A stretch of DNA of 64,000 bases from the NCBI GenBank assembly GCA_964016885.1, contig OZ024747.1:49352001-49416000 (forward strand), written 5' to 3'. Numbering within the stretch: the stretch's first letter is position 1; each line of letters opens with the position of its first letter. Of this stretch, positions 60,393-64,000 are shown piece by piece. The stretch is from Eledone cirrhosa (Eukaryota). The notes below the pieces were generated by a model. That model saw nothing but the letters and a program-made list of their open reading frames with translations, was not told the origin of the DNA and did no database searches. The position numbers and the translations under genes are program-made.

Positions 60393-61997
60393 ACGTGTTT
60401 GGAGAGGTTCGATTTCGTGTGTTTATTTGCAATTTGTTCATAGGGGAAGTTGATGGTGCATTCACAGTCGGTGTCCAGTGCTGTGTTCCTTCCTTTCTGT
60501 GAGCAGAAATCACTTTTGTTTCTGACTATTGATTCATCTTCAGTGTTGGTGTCATTGGAGAAGTATTCTATTAGTCTGAGTTTTTGGCAGAATTCCATGA
60601 TGTCATCTTTCATTTCGGGGCAGTTAGATTTTTGTGGTGTGGGCGTAAATTTCAGTCCCTTACTTAATATGTTAATTTGTGTGTTAGTTAGTGATATCTT
60701 TGAAAGGTTAATTATCTTCGGTTTCTCATGAGTGGGGGCCATCGGGTGTCCTGGTATTTCAGTCTTGTTCCTAAAAAAGAATGTTGTTTTGGTTGTAATT
60801 GTAGTCTGCTTGTCTATTTTGTATGGGTCTGTAGTTTGTTTTTTCATGAGAGTTAATGTGGTGATGGGGGTGGTGTCTGTTGTAGTTGTTATTGTGTAAG
60901 GGTTCTGTTATGTGTTCATGTGGTCTGGGTGGGTTCTTTCTGGGATACACAGTGTTGATGTTGTGGGGGTTGTTTTTTTGTAATGTTGGGGATGATACAT
61001 GTAGTTGTTAATGTGGGAAGGTTTTCTTGGGATTTCATGTGGTCTGGGTGGGTTTCTTCTGAAGTGTATGGTGTTTGTGTTGCGGGTTAGTTCTATGTTG
61101 TTTTGGGGTTGGTTTCTGTGGGAGATATTTTTGTGGATACCTATGTTATGGTGGTTGGGTATGTTTCTTCTACTGTAGTTGGTTGTATTTGGTTTGTGTT
61201 GAGTGGGACTTTGTCTGTGGTTTATGTGTGTTGGGGTTGGTAGTATGAGTGTTTCTGTTGGGGTTCTTGTTTTGTTCAATTTCATTATAAGGGGGTTATC
61301 TGTGTGTTGCATTGCTTTGAAATCCTCTTCATTTTTGAGGAACCAATTTTCAGATTTTTCCCATCGTTTTAGTGAAATAAGTTCTGCATTCTCGCAGTCC
61401 TGTTTCCAGGATTTAATTAAACTTTGTAGGGTTGGTCCCTCAGTGTGTTTAGCACATTCTGTTTTCATTAGTTGTCGATATCCTGGTATTTTTGTTCATT
61501 GGATGTGGCTATTAATTTTAAAAGTTCTATTTCCATATTCATTTTGTTGAGTGACATTTGTTCTTGTAGTTTCCGTTGTTGTTCAGGTTCATTAGTTATG
61601 GGTTTTATTTGGAATTTTCGGGTTAAGATTAGTGGTGTGGAGTTGATCAATTTTTCATAGATTCCAGCTTTGTTCATATATTTCACCATATTCCAGAAAG
61701 TAAATTTTCTTGTTTTCAATTGTTTTTTTCCAAAAGTGTTCAATTTTGTTTTTAATGTGATGTGAGGTTTCTTGTTCTGTTTTAACGTTTATAAGTTTTT
61801 CCATGGAATTTCATAAGTGCTATATGTTGAGATTGAATTGGTTATTGGTTGTTGCAATATTGTCTTCGTTATTATCAGTCAGTGTGGGGTTTTGTGGCTT
61901 ATCAAGTTTTTCTGTAAGGATTGTGAGTTTTCCGTTTATCTCTTGTAGAACTTTAAGGATTTTCTCATTTATATTTGTGTTGATGTTTCTATTGTAG

Positions 61998-62102
61998 TTA
62001 AAAGTCTCAGACCAGTCCTTCTCCCTGGGAGCATTTCTAGGCAAGGACCCAGATGATGTGAAACAACAGAAACAGCTCAAACTGGAGAAAAATATTCAGG
62101 AG
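61998..62102 (+). CDS. SNX30: SNX30/7-like exon H (BAR tip loop)
   Basis: ttgtag|TTA ... GAG|gtacac; 105 nt, phase 0-0, stop-free; LKVSDQSFSLGAFLGKDPDDVKQQKQLKLEKNIQE resembles the tip loop and helix start of SNX4/Atg24-type BAR domains. Confidence 0.8.
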
Positions 62103-62194
62103 GTACACTTCTCTATTATTGTCTCTTACTGTGTGTATTTTTCTTTGAAATTTCAGAATATCTTTAAGCAAGTCATCTGTATATTATTGCACTA

Positions 62195-62381
62195 GGGCGG
62201 TGAATTGGCAGTATCGGTAGAGGGTCGGACACCATGCTTTGATGCATAGAGTTACGGCCCTTGCCATTCTGAGTTCAAATCCCGCCGAGGTTAACTTTGC
62301 CTTTCATCCTTACGGGGTCGATAAAATAAAGTACCAGTAATGTACTGGGTAATTGCTGGCCTCGTGCCAATAGTAGAAACA
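62195..62381 (+). mobile_element. Full-length tRNA-derived SINE family 1 (Meta-SINE-like central domain)
   Basis: A box tggcagtatcgg, B box gagttcaaatcc, gcctttcatcc..ggtcgataaaat..gtaccag; 12-bp target duplication attattgcacta. Confidence 0.88.
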
Positions 62382-62391
62382 ATTATTGCAC

Positions 62392-63520
62392 TATGAACCC
62401 TTTGTGGTTCCACTGTACCTTTTGTGGTTCCACTGTACCACTGTGGTTCCACTGTACCCCTTTGTGGTTCCACTGTACCCCTTTGTGGTTCCACTGTACC
62501 CCTTTGTGGTTCTAATATAATAATAATAATAATAATAATGAAATTATTGTGTACAGTGCTCAGGTGCACTACAACTCATCAAAGGTGCATGTATAGTACA
62601 TAGAATAATGTACAAATGTCAGGAAAGTGAACAGTGTATGAGTTATGATATACATGTGTGTATGTACCCCTTTGTGGTTCCACTGTACCCTTGGTGGTTC
62701 TAATATGTACCCCTTTTTGGTTCTACTGTACCCTCAGTGGTTCTATTATGTACCCCTTTGTGGTTCCACTCTACCCTTGGTAGTTCTAATATGTACCCCT
62801 TTGTGGTTCTACTGTACCCTTAGTGGTTCTAATATGTACCCCTTTGTGGTTCCACTGTACCCCTTTGTGGTTCTACTGTACCCTTAGTAGTTCTAATATG
62901 TACCCCTTTGTGGTTCTACTGTACCCTTAGTGGTTCTAATATGTACCCCTTTGTGGTTCCACTGTACCCCTTTGTGGTTCTACTGTACCCTTAGTAGTTC
63001 TAATATGTACCCCTTTGTGGTTCTACTGTACCCTTAGTGGTTCTAATATGTACCCCTTTGTGGTTCTACTGAACCCTTGGTAGTTCTAATATGTACCCCT
63101 TTGTGGTTCTACTGAACCCTTGGTAGTTCTAATATGTACCCCTTTGTGGTTCTACTGTACCCTTAGTCGTTCTAATATGTACCCCTTTGTGGTTTCACTG
63201 TACTCCTTGGTGGTTCTAATATGTACCCCTTTGTGGTTCTACTGTACCCCTTTGTGGTTTCACTGTACCGTTGGTGGTTCTAATATGTACCCTCCTTTGT
63301 GGTTCTACTGCATGCCCTTGGTGGTTCTAATATGTACCCCTTTGTGGTTCTACTGTACCCCTTTGTGGTTCCACTGTACCCTCTTTGTGGTTCTAATATG
63401 TACCCTCTTTGTGGTTCTAATATGTACCCCTTTGTGGTTCTACTGTACCCCTTTGTGGTTCCACTGTACCCTTGGTGGTTCTAATATGTACCCTCCTTTG
63501 TGGTTCTACTGCATGCCCTT
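62392..63520. repeat. 21-24-bp minisatellite (tgtacccctttgtggttc + cac/tac/taata)
   Basis: Read directly; interrupted by a CR1 tail. Confidence 0.95.
62519..62660 (-). mobile_element. 3' tail of the CR1-group LINE family seen at 51700-53269
   Basis: Reverse complement of about 53135-53269 (gtgcacctgagcactgtacacaataatttc(att)n). Confidence 0.88.
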
Positions 63521-63563
63521 TATAATTCCATTATGAACCTTTTGTGATTCTGTGTATTTGCAG

Positions 63564-63716
63564 CTTACCCAAAGTGTTGAAATTCTCAATGACAAATCTG
63601 CCTGTGCCAATGCTGACCTCAAGGCTGACATGGAGCGTTGGCATAAAACCAAACATAGGGACTTGAGAGAAATCTTTGTTTCTCTTGCAGATAAGCAAGT
63701 CGAACGTTATGAAAAG
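63564..63716 (+). CDS. SNX30: SNX30/7-like exon I (BAR helix 3); gene continues beyond the window
   Basis: ttgcag|CTT ... AAG|gtgcgc; 153 nt; ...ACANADLKADMERWHKTKHRDLREIFVSLADKQVERYEK; NADLKADMERW matches SNX30 as I recall it. Confidence 0.93.
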
Positions 63717-63791
63717 GTGCGCATTCTGTGTGTTTCTTAACATTTTTGTCAGTTACTTGTGAAAAACACTGAAGTGACCTGTTGATTAGCT

Positions 63792-64000
63792 TTGATATAT
63801 TAGTTGGTGTTTAGACTGAGGTTAGTCTTTATCTATCTGGTGGTGTTTAGACTGGGGTCAGTGTTGATCTATCTGGTGGTATTTAGACTGGAGTATGTCT
63901 TGATTATCTGGTGGTGTTTAGACTGGGGTATGTCTTGATCTATCTGGTGGTGTTTAGACTGGGGTATGTCTTGATCTATCTGGTGGTGTTTAGACTGGGG
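63792..64000. repeat. 36-bp minisatellite running off the window end
   Basis: Unit tatctggtggtgtttagactggggtatgtcttgatc. Confidence 0.92.

Larger units (their letters stand above)
56919..61997 (-). mobile_element. Penelope-like retroelement (RT + GIY-YIG, probably Neptune-type), pseudogenised, with long N-terminal region
   Basis: Minus strand in order: LSKGLKFTPTP, KEADKG, FYGLPKIHK, SFEVVNLYTNIP, GTAMGT, CLDDCF, FLDILI, YKPTD, Cys-rich linker, NLIYVITCGGC*HNYIGQTG, ending KFKPTLNM*. Stops and frameshifts throughout. Confidence 0.92.

Noticed and set aside
62157-62195. Alternative terminal exon after a tttcag acceptor-like site (NIFKQVICILLH*)
   Set aside because: Would need a 54-nt intron and would truncate the BAR domain; the stop is formed at the SINE junction; no support.

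Overview
Eukaryotic, AT-rich, repeat-dense animal genomic DNA. The repeat landscape suggests a coleoid cephalopod such as octopus, but that is inference. The only host gene I can support is a + strand PX-BAR sorting nexin (SNX30/SNX7 group). Nine internal GT-AG coding exons between 16934 and 63716 splice in frame to 402 codons; I could not find the first exon and the last lies beyond the window. The rest is intron or intergenic: a large (TA)n-TTT satellite with an assembly gap and an RTE LINE inside it, an ~18.9 kb intronic 16/20-bp satellite, several minisatellites, RTE and CR1-group LINEs, a decayed Penelope-like (GIY-YIG) element carrying nested SINE and RTE insertions, tRNA-SINEs, and mariner, piggyBac, hAT and Helitron-like non-autonomous elements. 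The most unusual signal is a set of at least five sequence-unrelated head-to-head palindromes next to (TA)n tracts, each with a complete or partial minimal type I hammerhead ribozyme in its arms, plus several solo hammerheads. Other points of interest are a PHD-type finger inside the RTE ORF, a splice acceptor that seems to be supplied by the antisense Penelope-like element, and tandem arrays that repeatedly sit next to splice sites. All alignments and folds were done by eye; no searches were run.
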